DNA of 38,887 bases from Nephila pilipes (Eukaryota). The first letter of the stretch is position 1, and each line of letters starts with the position of its first letter. The stretch is from the NCBI GenBank assembly GCA_019974015.1, contig BMAW01101096.1, forward strand, positions 268,342 to 307,228, read 5' to 3'. The position numbers were made by a program, and so were the translations under genes. This document shows, in pieces, positions 1 to 12,539 of this stretch. Below the pieces are notes generated by a model, which saw only the letters and a list, made by a program, of their open reading frames with translations, was not told where the DNA came from and made no database searches.

Positions 1-22
1 ATATATATATATATATATATAT
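1..22. repeat. (AT)n dinucleotide microsatellite at the window edge
   Basis: Direct reading: atatat... for 22 bases. Confidence 0.9.
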
Positions 23-1160
23 AGTCAATTGATATAAGATGAATTTTCAGAAAAAGTTAACTGTAGATAATAAGTGATTACTTTCCCTTATATATCCATA
101 AAGATTTCTTTATTTTAAAATTAACATCGACCCTTATATTAATGCTTAATCAAGAATACATATCATTTTCTTTTGCCTCTTTTAGTCTTACATTTGTCTG
201 AATTACACAGACAACCTTTTCTATCAATATACTTTTATAAAAAGTAGTTCGCTTATTGATTTTTAAAGCTATATATATTAATTAACTTGAATAATAATTG
301 TATTTTGAATTAAAACTTGTAAGTTAATTTATTTACACCGTTTTTACCTCGATAGTTATAAAATAAAACTTAACTAAGCAATCTGATGAAGTAAGATTTT
401 GATAGAGAAAGAAATGAAAAAGACTTAAGAATAATGAAATAGCACACTAAAGATAGTAATAATGAAAGGGAAAATACATATAAATGCATTATAAAAACAA
501 TTACAAATATGTTTAGTAAGAAAAGTTCCATAAATATAAGAAAATAATTAATGATCTTAAAAAATATTGAAAAGATTATAGAAAAAATTATGATGAAAAA
601 TTCATTGTATTGAAACATAAAGAGAGAAAAAAAAAAAAACAAGCATATTATTTTAAGAATTCAGTACGGAATAAAATCGAAAGAAAATTTTCATGCATCA
701 AATTTCCACGAAATTTTAAAGTATTCATTACCACATGAAATTTATTCAAAAATTTTAAACGTATTTGTGTCAAAGAATCAAAAAAAAAAAAACATACTTA
801 TATTTAAATGAATATAATAAAAATAATTCAAATGAAAATCAAATGGTACCATACATGAACACATTTTGAAAAATTATCAAATTAGACATGTATTATTTAA
901 CTATTAAATAACTTTGAATAAAGGACAACTGAAAATTATAAATAAAACATGAAGCTGAAAACTACTTAGAAGCCAGCAAAATGTCATAATTATATAATAT
1001 TATGTGTACTTTTATGTTAACAGATGATACTTTCTTTGTGCTATTAGAAAAAGAAATTAAAGAAAACTGATATAGAAACATGAAGATAGTTACAGGATAT
1101 ATAATTTTTATTTTTTAAAACTTTTTCCGAAGAAAAATACTATAAAATATCAATAAATAC

Positions 1161-1400
1161 CTCATAAATACGTTGTCTCGGAAATAAAAGAATGCTCTTT
1201 TCTCTTTCAACTTATTTTCTCTAAGAGCTCCAGCATGCATTTCGAGTTCTGTTATTGATAAACCTTTTGGGTACTCTTTTACCCACTGAAGTTCTGGAGC
1301 TTCTGGTGAGTCAAAATTATATATCGTACCGTATCTGTCACCAATTAGACCAATGAAGAAATCAGATTTTTGAGCTTCCAGTAAACATAATTCAGCAGCA
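1161..1400 (-). CDS. Coding exon of an NWD1/NWD2-like gene (DUF4062-type N-terminal module). It is the 3'-most exon in the window, and the gene continues beyond position 1.
   Basis: Minus-strand ORF translates to AAELCLLEAQKSDFFIGLIGDRYGTIYNFDSPEAPELQWVKEYPKGLSITELEMHAGALRENKLKEKRAFFYFRDNVFMR. It is preceded by the acceptor ttttattttag (ag at 1402-1401) and followed by the donor GAG|GTATTT (gt at 1160-1159; an alternative donor lies at 1171-1170). Its first base completes the CG left by exon 3705-3881, giving Arg. The FIGLxGxRYG / ITELE motif pattern matches my recollection of NWD1 N-termini. Confidence 0.55.
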
Positions 1401-3704
1401 CTAAAATAAAAATAAAATAAATTACAAATAAAACACTTCGCGTAAAAGCATTTTAAACATGACATACCGTTTTCGTGTTTCAATAGTTAAAAAGGTTTTA
1501 ATTAAATTCAAAAATTAAACTTTCCTTCTAAATCAATAGACCAAAGAGTAGTTCTTAATATAAACTGCTTCAAGATAGCTAAGGAACAACGAATTTGTGC
1601 AAAACTGCGTTTCTGTCAATTATGAAATCACAGAAAAATAAGTATAGAGAGCATTAAAAAGGCAATTGTACTCTTCTATGTAAGAAGCAGAACACACGCG
1701 TTGTTTATTTATTCCAAATTTTAAGAAAAATCGCTGTCTTGGTTTCAAAAATATTAGTGTAAATGTTCATTTCTTAAGTCAAATACTGAAAAACAAAATG
1801 TCTGTTAGACATAATTTTAATGAGCATGTTCATGGTTGAGCAATTGAACATCTCAAGGAACGATGATTTTATTCGAATTTGCATACTAATAACGGTGTTG
1901 AAAAGTGTTACCTTACAGTCGAGAGTTTGAGCGAGACATTTTGCAAAAATATGATGGAGCCTAAAGGAAGAACACCATACTTCTAGAAGATTGATAACCC
2001 TAGCAGCAAAAAGGAACAGAAATCTTAGATATGATTCAAAAAGTAAATCAATTAATGACATCTAAACTATCATGAGTCTTATAATTCAGTACATATTTAG
2101 AAACAGAAAAGCGAGATTTTCATAAAATTAATACGCAAAATATTTAAAAGAACTGTTGGTGACAAATTGCTTATGATGAATGATAATGTAATACTTCAAT
2201 GGATAAAACTAATTTTGAGCACAAGGCAAGTTAGAATATCCAGGAAAAGAGAAAAATAATACTAAAAAAGCACCAGATATTAAAGAAAATAAATTTCAAG
2301 GTATCAAGCATCTTTCCATAATAAAAAATCTCTTTAAAAAGTAACAGAGCTAATAGTCACAAAAATGTTTTCATTAAATATAAAAATAAAAAAAAAAAAA
2401 AAAAAAGAACAATTGACGGAACTGCATATTTTTGTCACAGAAAATTATTCCTTTGTCTTTTTTTAGTAAAAATGGCTCTAATCATTCACTTCCTTTAACT
2501 TTGAGTTTATATCTCTGACATATTGCCATGAACCTGCGATGACGCTTTTCTGCGATGTTTCTCATATAATGGAGGAGAGACATTTACAAAGATTTCGTTG
2601 GTCAGCCAAGGAAACCTTAAGCAATGACTTTCGACCTCGGTGACTTCGCGAAAAACTAGGCGACAAAACGAAGGTTCTCCAAAATGCTGGAATCTCAACC
2701 AGAGAGAAAGTTAAGATTTTCTCTGAACTTTTTCAGTGGCGTAATACCTGGTCGGAGAGGCAGAAAATACGAGGAGGTGCGAAACCAGAGAATCGATTGT
2801 GATCGGTCGGCAATGGCTGAGTGGATCTGCCGAGGATTTGTCGTAACGAGGCTGAGTCAATTTGATAGGAAGTGCCTGTATCTTCCGGGAAAGTTGGAGT
2901 TATAGGGGTCCGTATGAAATATTGCTTGGAAATTTGTCAGCAGTGCGAAATAGTAAGCCGGTGAGCTGAACGTTATTAAAAGTGCTGTGTGACTGTTATT
3001 TCAAATGCTATTTAGCTGATCCAAACAAAAGCTGTATTTCCTGTTTGTGCTGCTAATTTGTTCAAGTTTTGCTATCTGTGTTCGTTTTATCCTGAATATT
3101 TGTGAATAAAGCGTCATTTGCCATTATCCTCCATGTGGGACTGATACCACTCATACGCGCACACGAGACTGGGGCACTTTCCCAACAACATATGATTGAA
3201 ATCGCGCGCACACTTCACAATTTATTGTGAATTTATGCTAATTTCGAAGTTATGAAATAAATTCTGAATTTCACAAATTACGAATACATATAAATTTTTC
3301 AACCTTCATAAACTTTAAAAGAAAATCCATAAATTATCTTATGCTATTTTATTAGTTACCTTTTCATCTGTTAAGGAAAAATACATTAACAAGCAAATTA
3401 ATTCAAAGCAATTTTTACATATATTGGATTTCGACAACTACGTTTTAGAAATCATGAAGATATTTAAAAAGCACAAACAGAATTCAAAGAAAAACAAAAA
3501 AATTAAACCTAAAATATTTTTTCTGTGTAAACTGTTTAGATTGTGCAGAAAAAATGACGAATGTATACAATGTCTTTGATTTATGACTATACAGTCAGCA
3601 ACATTTTATGCAAGTTTTGAATTTAAAAAAGTTACACGTTTTGATTAAAAATCTAGTTTTTTTAATACTTAGAAACCATGAATATCTAATAAAATAAAAT
3701 ATAC

Positions 3705-3881
3705 CGTTTTGAAGCACAATCAGTCTCAGTAATTCCCCAACGCAAATCCACCTCATTGATTTTAATGAAAATTGAGGCTGCTCTTTTCCTTAATTCTGGC
3801 ATTACAAAGCGAATTAGCATATCTCTTTCACTGTGCATGTCTTTAAACGTTGATGATATAAAAATGCGCACTGTATGCCAT
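3705..3881 (-). CDS. Coding exon of the NWD-like gene. It carries the core of the DUF4062-like module.
   Basis: Translation is WHTVRIFISSTFKDMHSERDMLIRFVMPELRKRAASIFIKINEVDLRWGITETDCASK(R). The acceptor is ttttttag at 3889-3882 and the donor is AAACG|GTATAT (gt at 3704-3703). The exon is 177 bp, and its entry and exit phases are compatible with the neighbouring exons. Confidence 0.6.
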
Positions 3882-4527
3882 CTAAAAAATAGGGAAAAAT
3901 TCAGTTTTAAAGAAAGAATAAATTTTGGCACATATATACAAAACATTCATACTCACTTCAAGCATACGCTTTTGCATACAGATTAATGTATATCAATATA
4001 TGAATTATTAAGCAAAGGCTGTTTTGAAAAACAAGCATTTCAAATCGACATATTGATAAACCGTATTTATTTCATAATACCATACAAAACACATTAATAC
4101 GTATATCAGTTATAAAAACATAGAAGACATTAAAATGAGAGAGAGGAGATATCTTATTTCAAAAGAAATGAAATGGGTACAAAAGTACCTAGCAAATTAT
4201 TTTCATGTAGAAAAAAATAGTAAATGTTTTATTTATAATCTAGTTAAGAAAGGGCATTTAAAGTAAAACAATGAAAAATGGTGACATTACATCGCAGGTT
4301 ACAAAGAAATGACATTTTTTATTTCATAATTCCTATATTTCACAAGTTGTAATATTTGTATGAATTTTTAGAAGGAAATTAAAAACGGGTGGGGAGACAA
4401 GGGTCTATTAATCAGTACAAAGGGCTATCAATTTATTGACAGTTCATTTATTAAACTGAAAAAAAGAATCTGAAGCCATACTATTTTAATATATCAGAAA
4501 ATATGTTGAAATAGCCTTATTTCTTAC

Positions 4528-4689
4528 TTAGGAACTCTAAACAAAGGCAGTTTGGGAACATTCTCTTGTACAGGTGAAATCTTCAGATTATTGTATCGAT
4601 GTGTATTAGTATTCCTGTTTAAATCATATTTAACATCAATATTTTCAATATATGCAAGCTGACCACCACTGGATCGCTCAGCAACAAAC
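4528..4689 (-). CDS. Candidate coding exon of the same NWD-like gene
   Basis: Translation is (R)FVAERSSGGQLAYIENIDVKYDLNRNTNTHRYNNLKISPVQENVPKLPLFRVP. The acceptor is cacttag (ag at 4691-4690) and the donor is CCTAA|GTAAGA (gt at 4527-4526). The exon ends with AA and the next exon starts with A, so the junction gives Lys and keeps the frame into WHTVRIFISS. I see no homology support beyond this phase consistency. Confidence 0.45.
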
Positions 4690-5829
4690 CTAAGTGAAAA
4701 GAAGGAAAAAGAGAAAGGAGTTAGCTCATAGAAATTAAGATGTACTATCTGGTTATTCATAACAGCTCTAAGACTCCGATTTCACACTAATAAAGTATAG
4801 TATAACTGAGTTTAAGTAAGAAAATATTCATACAATACCAAAAAAAACAAGAACTATCTAAGAAAGTTTTAAAATTTTTATAATTTCAATGTTTTGTAAT
4901 ACTAAAAACAGTAGACATGTAGTACTTTAAAGAGATATTTTCAAGAAACTGTGCGGGTAGCAGATGCAATTTTACAACTAAGCAAAAATTAAATACTAAT
5001 GAAAATCATTATACAATAATAATATAATTGTAAATAAAATCAACGAGAAATAGTCAAAAATGTAGCGAATTTTAATCTTTATTACTGGCTCAATAAGCTT
5101 TCGATTATATAAAATGAAAACATCAACGATTTTATACGAAATAGGCATTTTTACTGTATACTGCATGCATCAACTATCTCAAATTGTTATCAACAGAATA
5201 AAAAAAGTATACAATTAATAACATTCGTTTAAACACAACTCTGAAACCTTTTAATATGAATATATTTTACTTACATAAAAAAAACAAGTCTCTGAAATAT
5301 TTTATTCAAATAATGAACGTAACAATCCTTTGTTAAAGAAGATATATTCTATATGCTCGGTTCTTAAATATACGTAACAGTTATTCATGCTCTTTTAATT
5401 GAAGAGGAGAGTATTTTTCATTTTGCTGAAAATGAGCATCCTCTTTTTATAAGCATATTTTTTCACTTTTAAGAACTGAATATTACATGATTTCATAACA
5501 CTCTTATGATAAAAAAATTATGTATAAAAACAATATCTAAGAGTATATTTATGTTCTTAGCAGTTCATTAACATCTCAAAAGAAGATTTCAGTTATTGAT
5601 TTGTTTACTTATATAATTTGTGAAACCCACTTAGGAAAATTCTCCGATGTTCTTAATAAATATTTGATTTTCTTTCGGCATAGTTAATATTTAATACATC
5701 TGTAATACACCATATCGCAAGAAATACATGCACTAGAAAAAATCAAGCCACAATTACGAAATTGAGTACGTATGTAATGTAAGTAGTGATATGTAAATTT
5801 TTAAACTTTTGATGCCAGTGAGATACTTA

Positions 5830-6680
5830 ACTTTAGCAATAGCACCAGTAAGGAAGCATGCTACGCACATATGAGATGCCCACCAGGGATCGTTTAAAAA
5901 CACGAATGTTCGAGTATCGGGTGCGATTTGAACGAAGTTATTGGCTAGTATGCAAGTTATTGTGATTAGAGATGCCTCCAATATTTACCCAGTGGTAGTG
6001 CAAGCAGTTGATGGACCTTGAGTGCAGCCTTATAGTAAACCTCAATGATGCAGCTTGGTCGAAAAGGTCTTCCCCTTCGTCAGAGTGATAGTGATATGGT
6101 AGTAGCTTGGTGTTGGCATCAGTGGATCAGGAGTCAAAGCCCATAAGACTTCTCCCACTGACCCCATGACATAGTCAGTGCCGATTGGATTTTTGCTGAT
6201 ATCAGTCAGGATGAAGAGTTTCCGATTAGAGGCGTATAATCTTCTGTGTGAATCCTGTTTCAGTCTCGTGCTAATGACTACCACACATGCGTGTGGAGGC
6301 CGATTCGGCATTTGTTATTGAATGGTATACGGCCATTACACAAGGTGTGAAATCGCCGTAACCATTAATTGCTCCCCACACTGTTACAACTCATATGACA
6401 GTGTGGAGAGTGATTGGTTAAGAAACTCGATCACGAGTAACCATCCTTCAAGGCACTTTGACGGTTCGCAGTTAAATAAACGATATTTTAACGCCTAATA
6501 TACTGTTCATGCTATTAAGTCGCCTAGGAGCTATTTTTCATCAAAACAATGCTGGGTCACATACAGCGCGACACTCCTATCAATGACTTCGAGGTTATGA
6601 CGTACTCTCATGGTTTACCCGGTCACCACATCTCTCGCCAATAGAGTTCTTCTGGCACATTCTTGGAGGGTAACTGTAGT
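5830..6680 (+). mobile_element. Degraded Tc1/mariner-superfamily transposase remnant (family A), inside the NWD-like intron
   Basis: Plus-strand frames give WIFADISQDEEFPIRG...CVWRPIRH, MTVWRVIG, IFHQNNAGSHTAR and WFTRSPHLSPIEFFWHILG, with stops in between. These are the hallmark DDE-region motifs of Tc1-like transposases (compare FQQDNAxxHTA and WPxxSPDLNPIEhlW). A G12 run at 6743-6754 lies near its end. Confidence 0.6.
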
Positions 6681-8417
6681 CGTCCCGGATTATACCACTG
6701 AATTAATTATCCAATTGCAAAGTTAACTGTAAAATCTATTGCGGGGGGGGGGGGCAAATGTAACCTAAACGAGTCGATGTTATATCCAGTTATGGTTTGC
6801 AAAACAGCCAGAGGCGACTTTACTACTTACTCACGTGAACCATTTTCATGCCATAACATCTTAATATATCGATCTTTAGCTCTAAATCTGTAATAATTTC
6901 CTCATCTCCTGATGCATTACTTACATGTAAGGTTTCGTGATTGTGGCTCGATTTCTTCTGGGTGAATATATATATTTTTGTGACATTGTATATATATCAT
7001 ATATCTTAACATATAAGTCATAAATATAATACATATTTATAAATATAGTAAGAACCTTTTATATAACTCAACTCATTTTATATTTATTGAAAACATGTTA
7101 ATAAAATTTGAGAAACAAATGCAATCTTACTTAATTAACTGTGTAGTGTTTCCACCAAGATAAACATCTTTACCATCTGAAGTATCAGAATAAGTAAAAC
7201 TGCAAAAAGAAGAGAACATAAAAAATAAAATGTATACATTCAATTATTTTTCACGGAACATGTTTCTATGTTATCAATAATAATGGCTAAAGTATTTATT
7301 ACACAATCTTATCAAAAGTCGATTATGTGTGTAACCAAGATCTTTCTAATTCCAGAGTTTTCATTTTGAACATGAACAACAAAATAACAATTCTAAAAAT
7401 TAACATAAATAGAAACCATGTATATTCTTTTACATGAATCTTAATTAAAATAAATAATTTTGAACCTAATAATATGTCGAAGAATTAACATAACATGATG
7501 TTTATAGATTTCAACAATGCGTGAAAAATATATTGAACAAACAATTTCCATTTTCTTTTCACCAATTGAATTTCAATGAAAGTGCTTTCAAAAAAAATTT
7601 AATTATATAAACAATACGTATAGGAAACTATTACAAAATGTTGCCTATGGAAAAAAAACTATACAAGCTCAAGAATCAAAATAATCCAACAAATTATTTT
7701 TCAGGTCAACATAACTTACACTGTAACTTTTTTTTAATTATACAATTCAATAAATCAATGAGACACATTACTTTTCCATGTTTCAATATCGCACAACTTA
7801 AATCGAAACAACTATTATTTCAACAATTTTCTTTACGTCATATTTTGCAGCGAAAAAATAAAAAAGTTTTAAGAATTCTGACGCTAACACATTTTCCCCA
7901 ATAACTTATTCATAATTAAATTTCTTTTACTATTTTTGAAGGGCATTTTTAAACTACTCTGTTCATTCATCGAGATTGAATAAAATTTTTAGTTCTTACT
8001 AATTCACAATAATTTAGTTATATTTACATAGATTTTTTTCTTTCTTTTTCATGGTTAAAGAAAGGCTAATTTCCTTCTAGACAGTATCAAGCATGTTTAA
8101 ACAAAATATACTAGATTCCCTTCCAATGCTAAATTCCGACATGTTAATTGTTGTTCCAAAAATATCAATGCATTTGTTTTCATGTTATGATTCCATAGCA
8201 GCTCAGTGTTACAACATACGTACGAATCATTCGGCTACTTTGACATATGCTATACATATTGTCATATAAATGCTGGAGCAGGTTGAAATGAACACACAAC
8301 AGATATCTAAATAACGTGATTTATTATCAGACCAAGAGCAGCTACATTGGCTGAGAACTCTTTTAGAATGAGAACACATGGGTTTATGTATAACATGAGA
8401 ATATTCCAGAACACCGC

Positions 8418-9400
8418 TCAGGAAACGTAAAGAATATTCTGGAAGGTCTTAGAAATTATAGCAATAAACAGAGAACAACTAAACAAAACTTTAACTAGAA
8501 TTTTTAATGTTGTTAGCACTGTGTTTTGAAACCAGGAAACTATCAGCACTGTTTTTTGAACTGTGTTTGAAATCATACCACCTTCTGTTCTTTTCTTGTG
8601 CTTCCAACATTCGTAATCTGCCCAGTTGTCTAGATTCTTCGGCTCTTGATAGTTACCTAGCAGAATTGTCCTTACGGTTTCTTCAGTCTGAATCGGGAAC
8701 ATAGTGACGAGTGTCTTCTCAGCTTTAAGCCCATGCATAAGATAAAACGGTGGTTGTGTCCAGATTTGTATGCAAAAGTAACAAAGGGAAATATTTCATC
8801 CAATCTTTCGGCTCAACTTCGACGTACATGGACAGCATGTATGTTAATGTCTTATTAAAGAGCTCCGTAAGCCCATTAATTTGGGGATAATAAGCAGTCA
8901 TCATTCGATGGATAACATTACAGAGATGATTAAGTTTCGCAACTAGTTTCGATTGAAACACTCCTCGGTCCTCGATTGTCCACGGTCTTTATTGATAACT
9001 CTGGGAGATAATGTACTCAAGGAGATATTTGGTTATTTCCGGGGCTTCAGCAGTAGGTAATGTCTTCGTGATGGCATAGCGGGTTAAGTAATCAGTGCAA
9101 ACAATGTTCCGTTTATGTCCCCTCAGTGACTTTGGAAATCATCCAAGCAAGTCTATTCCGATCCAATGGAATAGTACGATTGCAGGAGGGCTAGGTACTA
9201 AAAGGCTGAAATGGAAGGGCTTTTCTTCGTTGGCATCCACGGCAATGCATAACATATCGATGTACAATGCAATAGAAACCAGGCCTATAGAATCGTTTCC
9301 TCACGTTGTCATAGGTACTGACAAATCCTAAGTGGCCTGTTGTAGGTGCTTTACGAAAATATTAGAATATATCTGAATAGGAGTTTTGGAATGACCCTTA
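8418..9400 (-). pseudogene. Ty3/gypsy-like retrotransposon integrase remnant (HHCC zinc finger plus rve core), with frameshifts and stops
   Basis: Minus-strand translation contains CYALPWMPTKKSP (zinc-finger region), TDYLTRYAITKTLPTAEAPEITKYLLEYI and ...TAYYPQINGLTELFNKTLTYMLSMYVEVEPKDWMKYFP. These fit the integrase patterns YYWPxM..CxxCQxxK, D.FTKy.EA.P, and Y(H)PQTDGQTER.N.TL..ML. The reading frame is broken. Confidence 0.6.
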
Positions 9401-9425
9401 ACCACATCTTTCCATCTGGATCACA

Positions 9426-9447
9426 TTTTTTTTTTTTTTTTTTTTTT
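9426..9447. repeat. T22 homopolymer
   Basis: Direct reading. Confidence 0.95.
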
Positions 9448-9905
9448 GTAAAGTATTCCATAAAGTAATTCGTAAGTTGTTTTTATTGATTCTGATTTTT
9501 CTGTTGAAGAGAGGTAATCCTCGTGTTCCGAATCCTTCCTTTGATTCGCCGCTAAGTTTGAGAATGAGTCTCAAGAATGTTTACTTCTTCAGAGGAGTCA
9601 ATGTTACAGATTTTGAGAAAGGCTGTCAGCGTTTTATGTTTCTTACTATTATATAAAATGGACATGTAGCATTCTTGAAGGTATCCGACTACGTTAAAAA
9701 CTCGAATTTCGGAGAAAATATCGAATTTTTTTTATTTATCCATTAAAATATTTGAAATCTTCCCTTTCTGTAGCTACATTCCATTTGTAGCTACGGTACA
9801 TAGAAATCAAGTTATAAATATTTTAATATCAGACAATTTCCAAAAAAATTGCCGGAAGTCACGATTTCGAAACCGGAAGTTAATATCTTCTCAAAAATAT
9901 TCGGG

Positions 9906-9932
9906 TTTTTTTTTTTTTTTTTTTTTTTTTTT
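9906..9932. repeat. T27 homopolymer
   Basis: Direct reading. Confidence 0.95.
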
Positions 9933-10553
9933 GTATTTTTGAGAACATTTACTGCTTATATTTTTTTTAAAAACTTTTAAAATATATTAAGATTCATTTT
10001 GAGAAATCTGGTATCACATTTAGTTGCACAATTTTCAAAAAATCAGTGGCAATATACACTCTGTTTACTATTTTGCTGAGCAACGTTTTTTGAATTATGT
10101 CCGAGTTCTGCTTTTAATTGTCATTTTGTTTTTGTATGAAATAACTGTTTAAATTGTGTAATAGTTTTTAGATTAATATTCTTTATTTCAACTATAGGTC
10201 AAACGAAAAATAAACGACAGAGCAAAAAAAAGGAAATTCCATGGTAATCATCATTCTGCTTGTTAGACAACTGATACAGTCAGCACGAGCAGCGAACGTA
10301 AAATTGGAACTGTGGAAACAATAATGAAGGATAGCTTCAAAAAAGACATGAATACACTTGGTAATAGGATTTATAGCCTAGAAATAAGAAATAATTTCAA
10401 GTGTCAATGAAATGCTGAGTTGCCCTTTGTGTTTATTACAAAGTTCAGAACTCAAGGAAGAGTCCAGTTTTGGTTTTCTTTTCAATATGCTCTTGAAATG
10501 AACAAACTGTAATTTCTATTCATGGTTTTTCATCAACTAAAAAAGGAAATAAG

Positions 10554-11844
10554 ATGAATGAAATCAATATGCAGTTTGTTCTAGGTATGCGTTTAATTAG
10601 AAAAGACCATAATGCCTCGAAAAAGCTGAGTGCTGCATTAGATATGCTATGTTTATCCAAGTCAGCTTTCAGGAACTGTGAAAAGAAGTTGTTGAAAGTT
10701 ACAATACCTATTGCACGGGATTCTAGGAATACTGCAGCTTCTGAAATAAAAGAGACAAATCATCAGGAGGAGGGTTTGACAAGCTGTGGTGTATCTTGTG
10801 ATGGTACTTGGCAACGTCGAGGTCACACATCATTGAATGGGTGTGTAGCAGCTTTATCCATTGATACAGGTAAAGTTGTAGATATTGAAATCATGTCGAA
10901 GAATTGCCGCATATGTACTCGAAACAAAAGGTTAAATGTATCCAGTGATCACATTTGTTCGAGAAATCATTCTGGGTCATCCTCCAGCATGGAATCAGTC
11001 GATGCATTTTGCATCTATGAACGGTCTTACCATTTGCGACAGCTGAAGTATTCGTCCTTTTACGGCGACGGTGATTCACAAGGCTTCTCAGCAGTGAAAG
11101 ACATTTATGGAAAAAATAGTGTTTGCAAATATGATAACATAGGGCACATTCAGAAAAGAGTCGGAACTAACCTTCGAAAACTAAAATCAAGCCAGAAAGG
11201 ATTAGGTGGAAAAGGAAAATTTAAGGACAAATTTATTAATAAACTGCAAAATTACTACAGTATTGCAATTAGAAGCAATGTTGGTGATTTGCCGGGAATG
11301 CAAAGTGCTGTAATAGCAGCATTTTATCGCAGCTGTTCAGGAGTGGATCAGCCAATGCATGGCCAGTGCCCGAAAGGACAATTTAGTAGGTGCAAATATC
11401 ATCGTGCGGAACAAAAGTAAATGAAAAATGCAAAAGCCTGACTAAAATCATTGTTAATTCCCTCAAATCTACATATATTGATTTATGCGATCAAAGCTTA
11501 TTAAAAAATGCCTCCATGGCAAAACTCAGAACTCGAATGAATGCTTTAATGGTTGCTTATGGAAAATAATCCCTAAAGATGTATTTGTGGACCATGAAAA
11601 GTTTACTCTGGGAACTTATATATCTGTAATACATTTTAGTGATGGTTATAAGGGAGTGTTAAAGATATTTTATGCATTAGATGTGTTTCCGGGGCAGTAT
11701 ACGGTTGATGCTTTAAAAACTTCGACATTATTCGCATTGCTGACTTTAAACGACATTCATTCCCATCAGCAAAAATGGCAAGAAAAAAAAATTCGAAATG
11801 CAATAAAATCAAATTTCAAAAGAAAGAGAAAGAAGAAGGTGTGA
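10554..11844 (+). mobile_element. Mutator-like (MULE-type) transposase-like gene. It is split into two ORFs (10554-11420 and 11485-11844) by a stop and a frame change.
   Basis: ORF1 contains CGVSCDGTWQRRGHTSLNGCVAALSIDTGKVVDIEIMSKNCRIC ... FYGDGDSQGFSAVKDIYGKNSVCKYDNIGHIQKRVGTNLRKLK. ORF2 contains KKCLHGKTQNSNECFNGCLWKIIPKDVFV...GTYISVIHFSDGYKGVLKIFYALDVFPGQYTVDAL. I recognise this pattern from a widespread family of animal 'uncharacterized' proteins annotated with a Mutator-like transposase domain. The family assignment rests on memory, not on a database search. Confidence 0.5.
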
Positions 11845-12539
11845 CTTATAAAAGGGGGGTAGATTGATTTGGTATGTATATCTTTGTTTTCTGAACAAGT
11901 TTTAACTTTAAATCCAATTTCTGAAGAATATAATTTTCAGTATTTTTACAATTTTTGAAAGGTGATAACTCAAATGTTTTTTTTCTAAATATTGATAACT
12001 TTTGGTAGAAATGTTTTTCATATTATTTTTAAGAGTCTGTTCTAGGATTATTGTAATGTTTGGTTTATAGGTGGATTTATTCTCATTTTAATGCATAATA
12101 ATGGAGGATTTTTTTAAAAAAAACACGTGTTGTTATTTCGACTCTTAATAACTCTGCAAATAATGTGAATTATAAGAAAATCCTAGTTCAGGCCCTGTAC
12201 AGGTGTCATATCAATACATATGCTGAACAACTATGTTATAGAAAGATTTTTCATGAAAGAAGAATATTTTGAAAATGTGCCATTTTTTCCTTATTTTATG
12301 CTAAAAAATTGCATTTTAGAATTTTTTCATTGTAATAAAACTATTAAAATGTTTTTTATGTACATTCTAATTCAGATGATACTAAATACTTAAAAAAATT
12401 ATTCATTTATACGGTTTTTCAAAATTATGGTTCCGAACGTAGTTGGATACTTTAAGGCGCAAACCCAACTTGTGAATCTTCCAGACGAATCTTTAATTAA
12501 CCAGCAAAGAGAATAATAGTTTGTCACAACATTAAATTG

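Noticed and set aside
370-642. Long minus-strand ORF (90 aa) rich in F/I/L/K. Similar ORFs lie at 7638-7904, 23045-23230, 30150-30344 and 37297-37566.
   Set aside because: These are low-complexity translations of AT-rich non-coding DNA. Their codon composition mirrors base composition. I see no splice-site context or recognisable motifs.
10891-11079. 62-aa minus-strand ORF overlapping the MULE-like ORF. The plus-strand ORFs 14246-14443 and 34491-34751 inside the Tc1-like copies, and 9095-9331 inside the integrase, are similar cases.
   Set aside because: All are antisense to frames that carry clear transposase or integrase motifs. They are not independent genes.
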